From: Pseudomonadota bacterium | GTDB lineage: Bacteria; Pseudomonadota; Gammaproteobacteria; Burkholderiales; Burkholderiaceae_D | NCBI GenBank assembly: GCA_023449275.1 | Contig: JAEXJM010000057.1 | Location: 89 to 64,088, forward strand | Length of the DNA: 64,000 bases | Reading direction: 5' to 3' | In this document: positions 37,496 to 46,702 of the stretch, in pieces | Position numbering within the stretch: the first letter of the stretch is position 1 | Layout of the letters: every line of letters starts with the position of its first letter | Notes under the pieces: generated by a model | Seen by the model: only the letters and a program-made list of their open reading frames with translations | The model's database searches: none | Told to the model about the DNA's origin: nothing | Program-made: the position numbers and the translations under genes

Positions 37496-37975
37496 ATGAA
37501 ACGCCTTTCGTTACTCGTATTGTCCGTGTTGCTGATATTGACAGGCTGCGCTTCCGTATTTACCGATCCGGCACCCGGTTCGACTGTTGAAGAAGCGATT
37601 GCCATGAAAGGACAACCTGACGCGACATATCAGGATGGGAATACCACACTGCTGGAATGGTCTGTCCCGGCTATGGGTGACCATGCCTATATGGCAAGAT
37701 TCGGGGCCGATGGAAAACTGGTTTCATACAGTCAGATATTGACGCGTGAAAACTTCGGTACGATCAAAATCAATGAATTCACGAAGAACGATGTTCTGAA
37801 AACCGTCGGGCATCCGACAGAAACGGAAATGTCGCCGTTGTCAGGTCTGGAAATCTGGTCTTACCGTTATCTGGAAGAAGGGATATGGCATTCCATGATG
37901 CATATATTCTTCGATTCCAATGGTATTGTCAGGAAAATGGAAAACGGACAGGACCCGATGTACCTGCTGGACTGA
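37496..37975 (+). CDS. Lipoprotein with tandem SmpA/OmlA(BamE)-like domains, paralog 1
   Basis: Signal MKRLSLLVLSVLLILTGC (lipobox); G-x-P repeats (KGQPD, VGHPTE), WSYRY, FDSNGIVR. Confidence 0.75.
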   Translation: MKRLSLLVLSVLLILTGCASVFTDPAPGSTVEEAIAMKGQPDATYQDGNTTLLEWSVPAMGDHAYMARFGADGKLVSYSQILTRENFGTIKINEFTKNDVLKTVGHPTETEMSPLSGLEIWSYRYLEEGIWHSMMHIFFDSNGIVRKMENGQDPMYLLD

Positions 37976-38030
37976 TTCAAAACCGGGCGATGAAAAGGCA
38001 TAACGGTAATTAAAACCTGAGGAGATTACC

Positions 38031-38597
38031 ATGAAGCATGCACTTTCAGTATTTGTATTGGCAACTTCACTGACGCTGGCGGGTTGTGCCAGCGTTTTCA
38101 CTCCCCTGACTCCCGGCATGCCGGTACAGGAAGTCATTGCCCTGAAAGGACAACCGGCCATCCAGTATCCGGATGGCAATACGACCCTACTCGAATGGCC
38201 TGCAGGTGAATGGTCGCAATACGCCTATATGGCGCGTATCGGCCCTGACGGCAAACTGATTTCCTACGAAAACGTCCGAACCCGTGAACAGTTCGCCAAA
38301 ATCAGGGTCAACCAGTTCAACAAGAACGACGTCCTGCGTACCATAGGTCATCCGACTGAAACGGAATATCTTCCGTTGAAAAAACAGGAAGTCTGGTCTT
38401 ATCGTTACAAGGAAGAAGGCATGTGGAATTCCATGATGCACGTTTATTTCGATTCGAACGGTATCGTCCGTGGCATGGAAAACGGTCAGGACCCGCTTTA
38501 TTTGCGTGATGGTTTCTGGGGCGGTCCCGGAATCGGAATCGGTGTAGGCAGTGGCGGCCGCATCGGAGGTGGAATCGGGATCGGGATCGGATTCTGA
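38031..38597 (+). CDS. Lipoprotein with tandem SmpA/OmlA-like domains, paralog 2, with Gly-rich C-terminal tail
   Basis: Lipobox LAGC; closely similar to the upstream gene (YxDGNTTLLEW, WSYRY.EEG.W.SMMH, MENGQDP); SD GAGGAG. Confidence 0.78.
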   Translation: MKHALSVFVLATSLTLAGCASVFTPLTPGMPVQEVIALKGQPAIQYPDGNTTLLEWPAGEWSQYAYMARIGPDGKLISYENVRTREQFAKIRVNQFNKNDVLRTIGHPTETEYLPLKKQEVWSYRYKEEGMWNSMMHVYFDSNGIVRGMENGQDPLYLRDGFWGGPGIGIGVGSGGRIGGGIGIGIGF

Positions 38598-38613
38598 CCT
38601 GTTTGCAGCCAAT

Positions 38614-38645
38614 AAAAAAGGATGCGGGTTACGCATCCTTTTTTT
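38614..38645. terminator. Bidirectional terminator
   Basis: AAAAAAGGATGCG-GGTTA-CGCATCCTTTTTTT. Confidence 0.88.
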
Positions 38646-38659
38646 GTCTCCGGAGTCTC

Positions 38660-40177
38660 TTAGATAATCTTGGAAACGGCATCGATGTAAGCATTGACCG
38701 AAGCTGTAATGATGTCGGTATTGGCAGAGAAACCATAGTAGACCTTGCCCTTGTTCGCCACCTGGATATGAACCTTGCCTACATCATCGGTGCCACGGGT
38801 GAATGCCTGAATCAGGAATTCTTCCAGTGTCACTTTCTGTGTGATCAGCTGACGGACGGCATTGATCGATGCATCGATCGGGCCATTGCCGGAAGCGGTT
38901 GCAATGCAGGGTTCACCATCAATGATCAGGCGGACGGTTGCCATTGGAATGGCATCCTTGCCGCAAACGACCTGCAGGTAATCCAGTTTGATTCTTCTGG
39001 CATCTTCCACCGTTTCGGTACCGGCGAGATTGCGCAAATCCTCGTCGGAAACCGATTTCTGTGCGTCAGCCAACACGAGGAATTTGCTGTAGGCGACATC
39101 CAGTTCGGCATGGGAAAGATTGTATCCCAGACGGCGCATGTGATGATCCAGTGCGGCACGGCCACTGCGTGCAGTCAGGACAATCGAGGAATCGGTGACA
39201 CCGATATCGGCCGGATCGATAATTTCATAGTTCTCACGGTTGTTCAGAACGCCATCCTGATGGATGCCGGAAGAGTGTGCAAACGCATTGCGTCCGACAA
39301 TCGCCTTGTTCGCCTGAACCGGCATACGCATCAGGTTGGATACCAGGCGGGATGTCTTCAGGATCTTGGTGGTATCGATATCGGTATAGGCCGGAATGTC
39401 CTTGCGGCATTTCAGGATCATGACGATTTCTTCCAGCGAGGTGTTGCCTGCACGTTCGCCAATGCCGTTGATCGTACATTCGACCTGACGGATGCCGTTC
39501 ATGATACCGGCCAGCGCGTTGGCGGTCGCCATGCCCAGATCGTTATGGCAGTGTGCCGACAGGATCGCCCTGTCCACATTGGCGACGTTTTCTTTCAGAT
39601 ACTTGATCTTTTCACCATATTCGTACGGCGTACAGTAACCCGTCGTGTCCGGCAGGTTGATGACGGTTGCACCGGCGGCGATAACCGCTTCCACGACTTT
39701 CGCCAGGAAAGCATTGTCGCTTCGGCCTGCATCTTCCGCAAAGAATTCGACATCATCGACATACTTGCGGGCATATTTCACCATCTGCACTGCCCGTTCG
39801 AGAATCTGGTCAGGCGTCGAGTTGAATTTGGAGAAAATATGGTAAGGAGACGTACCGATACCGGTATGGATACGGCCTTTCTTGGCATATTTCAAGGCTT
39901 CGGCAGCCACATCGATATCTTTTTCTTTCGCCCTGGTCAAGGCGGAAATGACCGGATTGCTGACGACCTTGGAAATTTCGACGACAGATTTGAAATCGCC
40001 CGGGCTGGAAATCGGGAAACCGGCTTCGATAACGTCCACACCCAGCTCTTCCAGAGCTCTTGCCACTTCGATTTTCTCAAGTGTATTCAGCTGGCTGCCC
40101 GGGACTTGTTCCCCGTCGCGCAACGTCGTATCAAATATGATGATTTTTTCTGCCGAATCGGCTGGTGTGGCAACCAT
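38660..40177 (-). CDS. leuA: 2-isopropylmalate synthase
   Basis: [43 protein letters not shown], regulatory domain [16 protein letters not shown] before ATG 40177. Confidence 0.96.
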   Translation of the reverse strand: MVATPADSAEKIIIFDTTLRDGEQVPGSQLNTLEKIEVARALEELGVDVIEAGFPISSPGDFKSVVEISKVVSNPVISALTRAKEKDIDVAAEALKYAKKGRIHTGIGTSPYHIFSKFNSTPDQILERAVQMVKYARKYVDDVEFFAEDAGRSDNAFLAKVVEAVIAAGATVINLPDTTGYCTPYEYGEKIKYLKENVANVDRAILSAHCHNDLGMATANALAGIMNGIRQVECTINGIGERAGNTSLEEIVMILKCRKDIPAYTDIDTTKILKTSRLVSNLMRMPVQANKAIVGRNAFAHSSGIHQDGVLNNRENYEIIDPADIGVTDSSIVLTARSGRAALDHHMRRLGYNLSHAELDVAYSKFLVLADAQKSVSDEDLRNLAGTETVEDARRIKLDYLQVVCGKDAIPMATVRLIIDGEPCIATASGNGPIDASINAVRQLITQKVTLEEFLIQAFTRGTDDVGKVHIQVANKGKVYYGFSANTDIITASVNAYIDAVSKII

Positions 40178-40296
40178 GATGTGCTCCTTTGGATAGTTCG
40201 ATATTTGTTGATTGATCCGGAAATAATTCCAGCTGCCTTTCCTCGTGGGAAAAGACCAGATAATACAGGAATTGTGGGTATGAGGTATCAGCACGC

Positions 40297-40383
40297 CTAG
40301 CGCGCTAGAACGAGCATTAGCGACAAGCCGAGTGACTTGCCGCCAAAAGTCTGACAAGAGGAATTGAGAATTTCAATATTCAT
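40297..40383 (-). CDS. Putative leuA leader peptide (28 aa, [28 protein letters not shown])
   Basis: Read by hand: ATG at 40383, TAG at 40299-40297; 5 Leu codons among the last 11, two of them CTA; lies directly upstream of leuA. Confidence 0.7.
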   Translation of the reverse strand: MNIEILNSSCQTFGGKSLGLSLMLVLAR

Positions 40384-40389
40384 GGAAAA

Positions 40390-40418
40390 ACTATAAGCTC
40401 ATTTATCAATTCTTGCAA
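40390..40418 (-). promoter_or_regulatory. sigma70 promoter of the leuA leader
   Basis: Minus strand TTGCAA-N17-TATAGT, ending 6 nt before the leader ATG. Confidence 0.65.
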
Positions 40419-40471
40419 TCATTTTCAAAAAGTGAAATCAGATATCCCCATATTGTATCCATTTTACAAAT

Positions 40472-41287
40472 TCAGTTCTTTTGCCCGTCTTTTTCATCAT
40501 GATGGTCTTCTTCCGTCTGGACAATACTGACCGGTTTCCCCTTCAGTTTATGCCAGAGATAAACGACATATCCGGAAACACCATAAATGACGAACAGACC
40601 GAAAAGCACCTTCGGAGGATCGAATGAAATCGTGACGAAAATCAGGACAACCAGGATGACAGCGATGAACGGTACCGATCTGCGGATATTCATCACCTTG
40701 AAACTGTAAAAAGGAACGTTCGACACCATCGTCAAACCGGCATACAGTGTCAGAACCCATGATGTCCAGTAAAAGTCGCTCCCCGCAAAACCGACATCAT
40801 CCATCAGCCAGATGAAGCCGGCGACCAGTGCTGCGGCAGCCGGGCTGGGCAAGCCCTGAAAAAAACGCTTGTCAACGATCTTGATATTGGTATTGAAGCG
40901 GGCCAGCCGGAGTGCCGCACAGGCACAGAAGATGAATGCCGAGACCCACCCGATACGTCCCATGCCTTTCAAAGACCATTCATAAACGACCAGTGCGGGA
41001 GCGGCTCCGAACGCGACCATATCGGCAAGGCTGTCGAGCTGGGCGCCGAATTCGCTCTGCGTTCTCGTCAGTCGTGCGACACGACCGTCCATACTGTCCA
41101 GAACCATCGAAATGAAAATGGCAACCGTTGCCTGCTTGAACTCCAGATTCAGGGACATGACGATGGCATAAAAACCGCAAAACAGGGATGAAATCGTGAT
41201 GGCATTCGGCAAAAGATAAATGCCCCGGCGGCCCAACCTCACTTTTTCCGGGCTCGATTCAGGAACTGTTTTTTGCGGCTGGTCCAT
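40472..41287 (-). CDS. pssA: CDP-diacylglycerol--serine O-phosphatidyltransferase
   Basis: GIYLLPNAIT, DSMDGRVARLT..QSEFGAQLDSLADMVAFG (CDP-alcohol motif), LRLARFN, FQGLPSP. Confidence 0.96.
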   Translation of the reverse strand: MDQPQKTVPESSPEKVRLGRRGIYLLPNAITISSLFCGFYAIVMSLNLEFKQATVAIFISMVLDSMDGRVARLTRTQSEFGAQLDSLADMVAFGAAPALVVYEWSLKGMGRIGWVSAFIFCACAALRLARFNTNIKIVDKRFFQGLPSPAAAALVAGFIWLMDDVGFAGSDFYWTSWVLTLYAGLTMVSNVPFYSFKVMNIRRSVPFIAVILVVLIFVTISFDPPKVLFGLFVIYGVSGYVVYLWHKLKGKPVSIVQTEEDHHDEKDGQKN

Positions 41288-41326
41288 GCAAATACTCCAA
41301 AATGGGAAATCGTCTTATTTTACTAC

Positions 41327-41989
41327 TCAGGCCGTCTGTTTTTGCTCTTCAGCCAGTTCGGCCAGTATGGTTTCCGTGGCGCGAACCTTGTCGCCTACCA
41401 TGACCCTTGGCACGGCCGACAGAGGCAGATACACATCGACACGGGAACCGAAACGGATAAAGCCGAAACGCTGTCCTCTGGTCAGCTCATTTCCCTTCCC
41501 GACATAACACAGGATACGGCGTGCGATAAGGCCGGCAACCTGTACACAGGTCACCATCTGACCATTCGACGCTGTAATGACCAATGCGTTCCGCTCATTT
41601 TCAAGGGAAGCCTTGTCCAGGTCGGCATTGACGAACTTTCCAGGGAAATATTGCACTTTTTCAATTTTACCGTCCACGGGGGAGCGGTTCGAATGCACGT
41701 TAAAGACATTCATGAATACACTGATTTTCAATGCGTCTCTTTCGCCATAAATGTCCCGTGCTTTTTCCACGACGACAATCCGCCCGTCCGCCGGAGAAAG
41801 CACGGCTTTTTCATTGTCGGGAATGACGCGTCCAGGATCACGGAAAAACTGCAGGACAAACAGACTGACGATCCATAGCGGAATCGACCATGCGCCCCAC
41901 TTGTACATCACTATTCCGGTAATGACGAAAGACACAACAATAAAAAGCCAGCCTTCGCGTGCAATGATGGGATGAGGATAATTCTTCAA
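41327..41989 (-). CDS. psd: Phosphatidylserine decarboxylase proenzyme
   Basis: [38 protein letters not shown] (GS cleavage site); TTG start. Confidence 0.95.
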   Translation of the reverse strand: MKNYPHPIIAREGWLFIVVSFVITGIVMYKWGAWSIPLWIVSLFVLQFFRDPGRVIPDNEKAVLSPADGRIVVVEKARDIYGERDALKISVFMNVFNVHSNRSPVDGKIEKVQYFPGKFVNADLDKASLENERNALVITASNGQMVTCVQVAGLIARRILCYVGKGNELTRGQRFGFIRFGSRVDVYLPLSAVPRVMVGDKVRATETILAELAEEQKQTA

Positions 41990-42091
41990 CGCTGCTCCGT
42001 TTGCAAAACAGTTAAGATTTGTATTCTATTCTCAATCATCCATTTCTGAAAACAGGCCGTTCTCTTTTAGGCGACAAAAATGCGCGGTGCC

Positions 42092-42119
42092 CTTGAATAA
42101 CAGGAAATGGAATCCATAT
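42092..42119 (+). promoter_or_regulatory. Candidate sigma32 (RpoH) promoter for hsp20-lon
   Basis: CTTGAA-N16-CCATAT (equivalent to CTTGAAT-N13-ATCCATAT), about 225 nt upstream of the hsp20 start. Confidence 0.5.
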
Positions 42120-42342
42120 TCAATTTATATTGAATATTTCCACCGTACGGCAGATACATTTTCAAATTATGGCTGTTTTTTGCCGATTTTGAAATCATCA
42201 TTGTTAAACCACAAGCGTGAATTTCATTCATATGCGAAGGTATCAGTCTGATTGGTTCTATCCATTTACAGTGTTGAGTCCGGATATGGACAGCCAAATC
42301 TATCCTCCGGATTCCTTTTTACTTTAGTCGGGAAAATCGATT

Positions 42343-42747
42343 ATGACGTTTCGTGATCCAAGCAATCCCATGTGGATTCAGGCCCTGAAAATGCTGGAGC
42401 AGGCAGACCAGCTTCACAAACATTTCTTCCAGCTGGTCAAACCGAGATCGCATGGCCCTGTATGGGAGCCACCGGTGGACATTCTTGAAACGGACAGGCA
42501 GTTGTCGGTACTGATTGCCCTGCCCGGCGTGGATCCTTCCGGGGTCACCGTGGTCATTGAAGAGAATGCTCTCCATATTGTTGGTGAACGTCCCGTCATG
42601 ATCAGCAGGGATACCGTTATCCGAAGACTTGAAATTCCATATGGTCGCTTCGAGAAACGGATCATCCTGCCTGCAGGAAATTACAAATTGACTGAAAACG
42701 CCCTTTCAAACGGATGTTTGCGACTGGTGTTGAATAAACTTGGTTGA
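42343..42747 (+). CDS. Small heat-shock protein (Hsp20/alpha-crystallin)
   Basis: WEPPVDILET, ALPGV, GER, EIPYGRFEKRI.LP, NGCLRL.L.K. Confidence 0.9.
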   Translation: MTFRDPSNPMWIQALKMLEQADQLHKHFFQLVKPRSHGPVWEPPVDILETDRQLSVLIALPGVDPSGVTVVIEENALHIVGERPVMISRDTVIRRLEIPYGRFEKRIILPAGNYKLTENALSNGCLRLVLNKLG

Positions 42748-42753
42748 AGGTGA

Positions 42754-45204
42754 ATGATGAATTACCAGGATTCCGAAAAAATTGATGCTGTCAGCAAGGA
42801 CACTGAAAACCATTCAGCGCCCGAAAACCGTTTGGCAGAAGAACAAAACAGTTATTCTCCCATCCCCGAGGATGCCTTGATCATCATTCCGGCGAGGAAT
42901 ATGGTTCTGTTTCCCGGAATGGTTGTCCCGATTACGATTGCCCGGGAAAAATCCCTGCTGGCAGCGCAGGCGGCCATGCGTGGGAACCGACAGATCGGCG
43001 TGATTCTCCAGAAAGACCCGAACGTGGACAATCCGACACAGGACGACCTTTATCCGATCGGAACCGTGGGCAATATTCTGCGGTACGTCACCACCGCGTC
43101 AGATGCCCATCACATCGTCTGTCAGGGTGAGGGCCGTTTTCGACTGAAAGAATATCTGGATGGATATCCTTTCATTGTCGCACGCGTCGAAAAAGTGCAG
43201 GACGAACCGGAAGATAATGCCGAAATACAGGCACGCCTGCTTCAATTAAAGCAAAAAGCGCTGGAAGTCCTGCAGATGATCCCCCAGGTTCCACAGGAAC
43301 TGTCCGATTCGATCAATGGCGTTACATCCGCCGCCCTGTTATCCGACCTGATTACCGGCCTGATGGATTTGAGTCCGAAAGAAAAACAGGAAATTCTGGA
43401 AACGACCGATCTGAAAAACCGGCTGGATCAGCTTCTGATACTGGTCAATTACCGCCTTGAAATCCTTCGGGTCAGCAAGGATATCGACGAGCAAACCAGG
43501 AACAGGCTCGATGACCGCCATCGGGAAGCGCTCTTGCGCGAACAGCTGAAAACGATCCAGACCCAATTGGGAGACTTCGACGGTTCTTCCTCCGAAGCGG
43601 CAGAACTGGCTGACAAAATCGAAAATGCCAATATGCCGGAAGAGGTGAAAACGCATGCCCTGAAAGAACTGGGCCGCTTCAGGAATATGCCTGAATCGTC
43701 CGGCGAATATTCGATGCTTCATACTTATCTGGAATGGCTGACGGAATTGCCATGGGCTGTTTCATCCGAAGACAGGACGGATATTGCGGAAGCCAGAAAA
43801 ATCCTGGACGAGGATCACTACGGCCTTGAAAAAATCAAGAAACGCATTCTGGAATTTCTGGCTGTCCACAAGCTGAATCCGGAAGGCAAAAGCCCTCTTT
43901 TGTGTTTTGTCGGCCCTCCGGGTGTCGGCAAGACCTCGCTGGGCCAGAGTATTGCCAAAGCGACCGGCCGGGAATTTGTCCGGGTCAGTATGGGTGGCGT
44001 ACACGATGAAGCCGAAATCCGTGGACATCGCCGTACCTATATCGGCGCATTGCCTGGCAATATCATTCAGGCCATCCGTCGGGCAGGTACGAACAATTGC
44101 GTCATGCTTCTGGACGAAGTGGACAAACTCGGCAACGGAATCCATGGTGATCCCTCAGCGGCTCTTCTCGAAGTGCTCGATCCTGCACAGAACAGTACGT
44201 TCAGGGACAACTATCTTGCCGTACCCTTCGATCTCTCGAAGGTCATGTTCATTTGTACCGCCAACAATCCCGATACGATTCCCGGCCCGCTGCGCGACCG
44301 TCTGGAAATGATCCAGTTACCCGGTTATACGGAACAGGAAAAAACCCAGATTGCCCTGCGTTACCTGATCCGGCGGCAACGTGAAGAAAACGGCCTGAAA
44401 CCGGATAATTGCGACATTACGGAAGCCGCCATTCATGACATCATCGGCAATTACACCCGCGAGGCAGGCGTTCGCAATCTCGAGCGGCTGATCGGCAGTG
44501 TTTTCAGAAATGTCGCCATGAAAATTGCGGAAGGGACAGCGGACAAGGTCGTTGTCGATTCAGCTGAAATTCCGGATATTTTGGGCGCTCCGGTATTCGA
44601 AAGCGAAATCGCGATGCGCAGCAGCATGCCCGGGATCGCAACCGGTCTGGCATGGACACCGGTCGGAGGTGATATCCTGTTTATCGAAGCCAGCCGCGTG
44701 GCAGGCAATAACAGGCTGATCCTGACCGGCCAGCTGGGTGACGTGATGAAGGAAAGCGCACAGGCTGCGTTAACGCTGGTGAAAGCGCGTGCGACTGACC
44801 TGAAAATCAATCCTGAATTGCTGGATCACAGCGAAATCCACGTTCACGTTCCGGCGGGCGCCATCCCGAAAGACGGGCCGAGCGCAGGGGTTGCCATGTT
44901 TCTGGCTCTCTCTTCCGTCATGATGAACAAACCGATCGCCAGCGATCATGCCATGACGGGTGAAATCAGCCTGAGAGGGCTCGTGCTTCCCGTCGGTGGC
45001 ATCAAGGAAAAGGTTCTGGCCGCCTTGCGTGCCGGTATCAGGACAGTGATGCTTCCTGCGCGTAACAGGCGCGATCTGGACGATATTCCCGAAGAGGCGC
45101 GCAGGCAGCTGAATTTCGTTTTTCTGGAAACGGTTGACGATGCCATTCGTTCGGGACTCGTACACGACGAAGGAAAAACCGATAGCGACCATCTGAATGT
45201 CTAG
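42754..45204 (+). CDS. lon: ATP-dependent protease La (Lon), probably a second copy
   Basis: LON N-domain (RNMVLFPG), Walker A GPPGVGKT, LLDEVDK, catalytic PKDGPSAG and GGIKEK. Confidence 0.96.
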   Translation: MMNYQDSEKIDAVSKDTENHSAPENRLAEEQNSYSPIPEDALIIIPARNMVLFPGMVVPITIAREKSLLAAQAAMRGNRQIGVILQKDPNVDNPTQDDLYPIGTVGNILRYVTTASDAHHIVCQGEGRFRLKEYLDGYPFIVARVEKVQDEPEDNAEIQARLLQLKQKALEVLQMIPQVPQELSDSINGVTSAALLSDLITGLMDLSPKEKQEILETTDLKNRLDQLLILVNYRLEILRVSKDIDEQTRNRLDDRHREALLREQLKTIQTQLGDFDGSSSEAAELADKIENANMPEEVKTHALKELGRFRNMPESSGEYSMLHTYLEWLTELPWAVSSEDRTDIAEARKILDEDHYGLEKIKKRILEFLAVHKLNPEGKSPLLCFVGPPGVGKTSLGQSIAKATGREFVRVSMGGVHDEAEIRGHRRTYIGALPGNIIQAIRRAGTNNCVMLLDEVDKLGNGIHGDPSAALLEVLDPAQNSTFRDNYLAVPFDLSKVMFICTANNPDTIPGPLRDRLEMIQLPGYTEQEKTQIALRYLIRRQREENGLKPDNCDITEAAIHDIIGNYTREAGVRNLERLIGSVFRNVAMKIAEGTADKVVVDSAEIPDILGAPVFESEIAMRSSMPGIATGLAWTPVGGDILFIEASRVAGNNRLILTGQLGDVMKESAQAALTLVKARATDLKINPELLDHSEIHVHVPAGAIPKDGPSAGVAMFLALSSVMMNKPIASDHAMTGEISLRGLVLPVGGIKEKVLAALRAGIRTVMLPARNRRDLDDIPEEARRQLNFVFLETVDDAIRSGLVHDEGKTDSDHLNV

Positions 45205-45240
45205 AAAAAAGGGTGTCTCCCTTCAGGGAAACACCCTTTT
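45205..45240. terminator. Bidirectional terminator
   Basis: AAAAAAGGGTGTCTCCC-TTCA-GGGAAACACCCTTTT. Confidence 0.8.
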
Positions 45241-45263
45241 CATTTTGAATCCGGAAAATACTT

Positions 45264-45746
45264 TTACGCATTTTCCTTTTTGACGTACAGGCCGATCATT
45301 TCGGTCTGTGCCAGAATGTGACCTTCCATCTTTTTGACGACTTCTGCCTTGGTCGTATTTCCCAAATCGGGCAAAACCGTATCCAGCGCATACAGCTTGA
45401 AGAAGTAGCGGTGCGTCCTGATTGGCGGACATGGGCCACTGTAACCGGCGTACTGCCGGTCATTCGTGCCGATCAGGGTTCCCGTCGGCAAATCCTTGTC
45501 CTGTACGGCTTCAGGCAGGCTTCCCGCCTCCGGTGGCAGATTGTACAAGACCCAGTGAACCCAGGTCATTTTCGGAGCCGCCGGATCCGGCGCATCCGGG
45601 TCGTCATTGATCAGTACAAGGCTTTTGGTTCCGGCCGGAGGAGCACTCCACTCCAGTGGAGGGGAAACGTTATTGCCCTCGCAGGTGTATAGCGTCGGCA
45701 TCATTGTTTTGTCACCAAAGGCAGGAGAAGTTATTTTGAATGTCAT
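45264..45746 (-). CDS. YbhB/YbcL family PEBP (Raf kinase inhibitor-like) protein
   Basis: TSPAF, TCEG.NVSPPL.W, DDPDAP, WVHWVLYN, GYSGPCPP..HRYFFKLYALD. Confidence 0.93.
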   Translation of the reverse strand: MTFKITSPAFGDKTMMPTLYTCEGNNVSPPLEWSAPPAGTKSLVLINDDPDAPDPAAPKMTWVHWVLYNLPPEAGSLPEAVQDKDLPTGTLIGTNDRQYAGYSGPCPPIRTHRYFFKLYALDTVLPDLGNTTKAEVVKKMEGHILAQTEMIGLYVKKENA

Positions 45747-45806
45747 TGGTCAGTTCCCTGAAAAACGGTTTGGATGGCATCTGTACAAAACCACATCAAC
45801 AACCAG

Positions 45807-46295
45807 CTACTCGACAGGAATATTCCTGATCGTTTCACTGACTGCCTTTGGCAAACGGATCGACAGGACGCCATTAACGTAAGTCGCCTGTGCCTTGTCG
45901 CTTTCGACGTTTTTCGGCAGTGTGATGGAGCGCTCAAACGAGCCATAGGCCCGCTCGACAACATAATAGGTGCTGCCCGGCGTTTCCCGTATCGACTGTT
46001 TTACGCCACGGACAAACAGCGTGTTGCCGATCACCTGAATGGAACAGTTTTCTTTTTCCACGCCCGGCATTTCAACCCGTACGACAAGTTCAGTCGCTGT
46101 TTCTTCCACTTCCACAGCCATGAGTCCCCAGTGCGGAAAAGAGATTTCCTGATCGGGGTAGTCGTTCCGTTCATAATGGACAAGGGCATTGCTGCAACGG
46201 CTCAATAACTCCCGCCAGCCATCGGACAGGCTCTCCCAGGCACGATTCAATTCGCGGCCGATATTTTTTCCGGCCTGTTTTAAAGAATCCAGCAT
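45807..46295 (-). CDS. Small heat-shock protein (Hsp20/alpha-crystallin)
   Basis: EMPGV, ERAYGSFERSITLP, ATYVNGVLSIRLPK, C-terminal IPV motif; SD GGAGG. Confidence 0.92.
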   Translation of the reverse strand: MLDSLKQAGKNIGRELNRAWESLSDGWRELLSRCSNALVHYERNDYPDQEISFPHWGLMAVEVEETATELVVRVEMPGVEKENCSIQVIGNTLFVRGVKQSIRETPGSTYYVVERAYGSFERSITLPKNVESDKAQATYVNGVLSIRLPKAVSETIRNIPVE

Positions 46296-46379
46296 AAATC
46301 CCTCCTGTATCTGTTAGAAGAAAGACGTTTACTGCTGCGTTTTTATAATAACGTAAAATTCCCGAGATCCGGCAATTCT

Positions 46380-46652
46380 TTATTTTTTCTCCGGCACGTA
46401 TCCTTCCGCCTGATCAGCACCCCCACCGAAAAAGTGGTTTTCCATCTGTTCTTTCAAATACTCGCGTGCCTTGGAATCCGCCAGATTCAGGCGGTATTCA
46501 TTGACCAGCATGGTCTGCAACCTGACCCATGCATCCCAGGCTTCTTTCGACACGTTTTCATAAATTCTCTTGCCGAGCTCTCCCGGATAAGGCGGGAAAT
46601 CGAGCCCTTCGGCTTCCTTGTTCAGTTTGATGCATTGAACCATTCTTGCCAT
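46380..46652 (-). CDS. yggX: Oxidative damage protection / Fe(II)-trafficking protein
   Basis: [42 protein letters not shown]. Confidence 0.96.
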   Translation of the reverse strand: MARMVQCIKLNKEAEGLDFPPYPGELGKRIYENVSKEAWDAWVRLQTMLVNEYRLNLADSKAREYLKEQMENHFFGGGADQAEGYVPEKK

Positions 46653-46702
46653 GCTGTTCTCCTCGAATAGTGATCTGTCCTGTTTCAGGCAATGGACGTC
46701 CG

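Noticed and set aside
38603..40300. 565-aa ORF on the + strand
   Set aside because: Antisense shadow of leuA. The same applies to the long ORFs opposite accA (12615-13742), cysE/rlmB (25033-26400), rnr (26903-28219) and the AAA gene (58058-59056).
40423..40453. sigma32-like -10 element CCCCATAT
   Set aside because: Poor -35, and it points antisense into the 3' end of pssA with no downstream gene.
42067..42297. 76-aa ORF in the psd-hsp20 intergenic region
   Set aside because: No convincing SD or motif, and it overlaps probable divergent promoters.
42300..42345. ROSE RNA thermometer before hsp20
   Set aside because: No U(U/C)GCU motif pairing with the SD is visible.
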